A stretch of 64,000 nt of DNA, taken from contig CAXHJY010000159.1 of assembly GCA_964016885.1 (NCBI GenBank), positions 62,001 through 126,000 of the forward strand, read 5' to 3'. Origin of the DNA: Eledone cirrhosa. Its lineage: Eukaryota. A program made the translations under genes and the position numbers. Shown one piece after another: positions 63,064 through 64,000 of the stretch; the stretch's first letter is position 1, and each line of letters starts with the position of its first letter. The notes under the pieces were generated by a model. That model was not told the origin of the DNA and searched no databases. It saw only the letters and a program-made list of their open reading frames with translations.

Positions 63064-63342
63064 GCTGCCAAGAAAGAAATTTTTCGGCAAAAATAGATAT
63101 TTATTTTACCCCCTAAAAAGGGGGTAAATGCAAAAATGTTTCCCCCCTAAATAACAGGGGTTAGTGTTCCAAATGTGTTGCACTAAAAATTTTATCCGGT
63201 ACTTACAATAGTAAGGGTAAATCCCGATGGAATAGCGGAGCCGATGCGAAGCGTGTCTTACTCTATCAAGATAGATAGATAGATAGATACAAATGATCTC
63301 TACATGACTAGAACCATTTCATTCGTCTGAAATCATCTTTCT

Positions 63343-63670
<328 letters not shown>

Positions 63671-64000
63671 GGGGGGGTACAAATTCTGGTAAGTTGTAAA
63701 CATACAGAGTAAAAATATTGGGGCGATGACAAAATATTTTTCTTCTCGATAGAAAATTCAATTTAGAATTCATCTTAAGAAATATTTTATCTCTTCTGCT
63801 GGGAGAAGGCCCGAATTTTATTATTGACGAAACTGTATAGATACTTTGTTGTTTCAAGCCCATTAAATATAGCATATTAATATAATATAACTCGGAAACT
63901 ATTATATATTTTTTGTTATTTTACCTCATTCTTTGGTAATTCTTATTAGGACTTTTAGAGTATATTATAATCGTCAAATCAATATGAGATGTATAAATAG

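Larger units (their letters stand above)
57561..63269 (-). mobile_element. Full-length Tx1/L1-clade LINE copy C (~5.7 kb), flanked by (GATA)n
   Basis: 5' UTR, ORF1, ORF2 and 3' UTR are all present. (GATA)n at 57537-57560 and 63270-63289. Confidence 0.93.

Noticed and set aside
61222-63127. Plus-strand V/G/C-rich ORFs
   Set aside because: Antisense shadows of the T/P-rich ORF1.

Overview
AT-rich, microsatellite-dense animal genomic DNA. The SINE families and repeat landscape look like an octopod cephalopod (inference). The only host gene is a Kv3/Shaw-type voltage-gated K+ channel on the minus strand. Its T1-domain exon (45424-44861) joins in phase 0 across a ~43.4 kb intron to the S1-S6 exon (1428-496). 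There is also a candidate 5' UTR exon/promoter with a perfect CRE at ~46.2 kb and a candidate further exon at 129-1. The intron holds a decayed Helitron, a non-autonomous Helitron, a deleted mariner, MITEs, tRNA-SINEs, an RTE LINE with its non-autonomous partners, a Tx1-type LINE, and many fold-back palindromes (up to 1.2 kb arms) carrying Penelope-type minimal hammerhead ribozyme motifs, including U3-A8 core variants. Upstream of the gene is a ~14.3 kb head-to-tail array of Tx1/L1-clade LINEs from several subfamilies, separated by and co-oriented with (GATA)n, and ending in a near-intact full-length copy. The strongest candidates for new biology are (i) this apparently (GATA)n-targeting Tx1 system, with a candidate GT-AG intron in its 5' UTR and a splice donor conserved at the ORF1/ORF2 junction, (ii) a parallel (TATG)n-linked RTE/SINE array, and (iii) hammerhead-bearing palindromes in the channel intron. 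All calls are by eye; no searches or folding programs were run.
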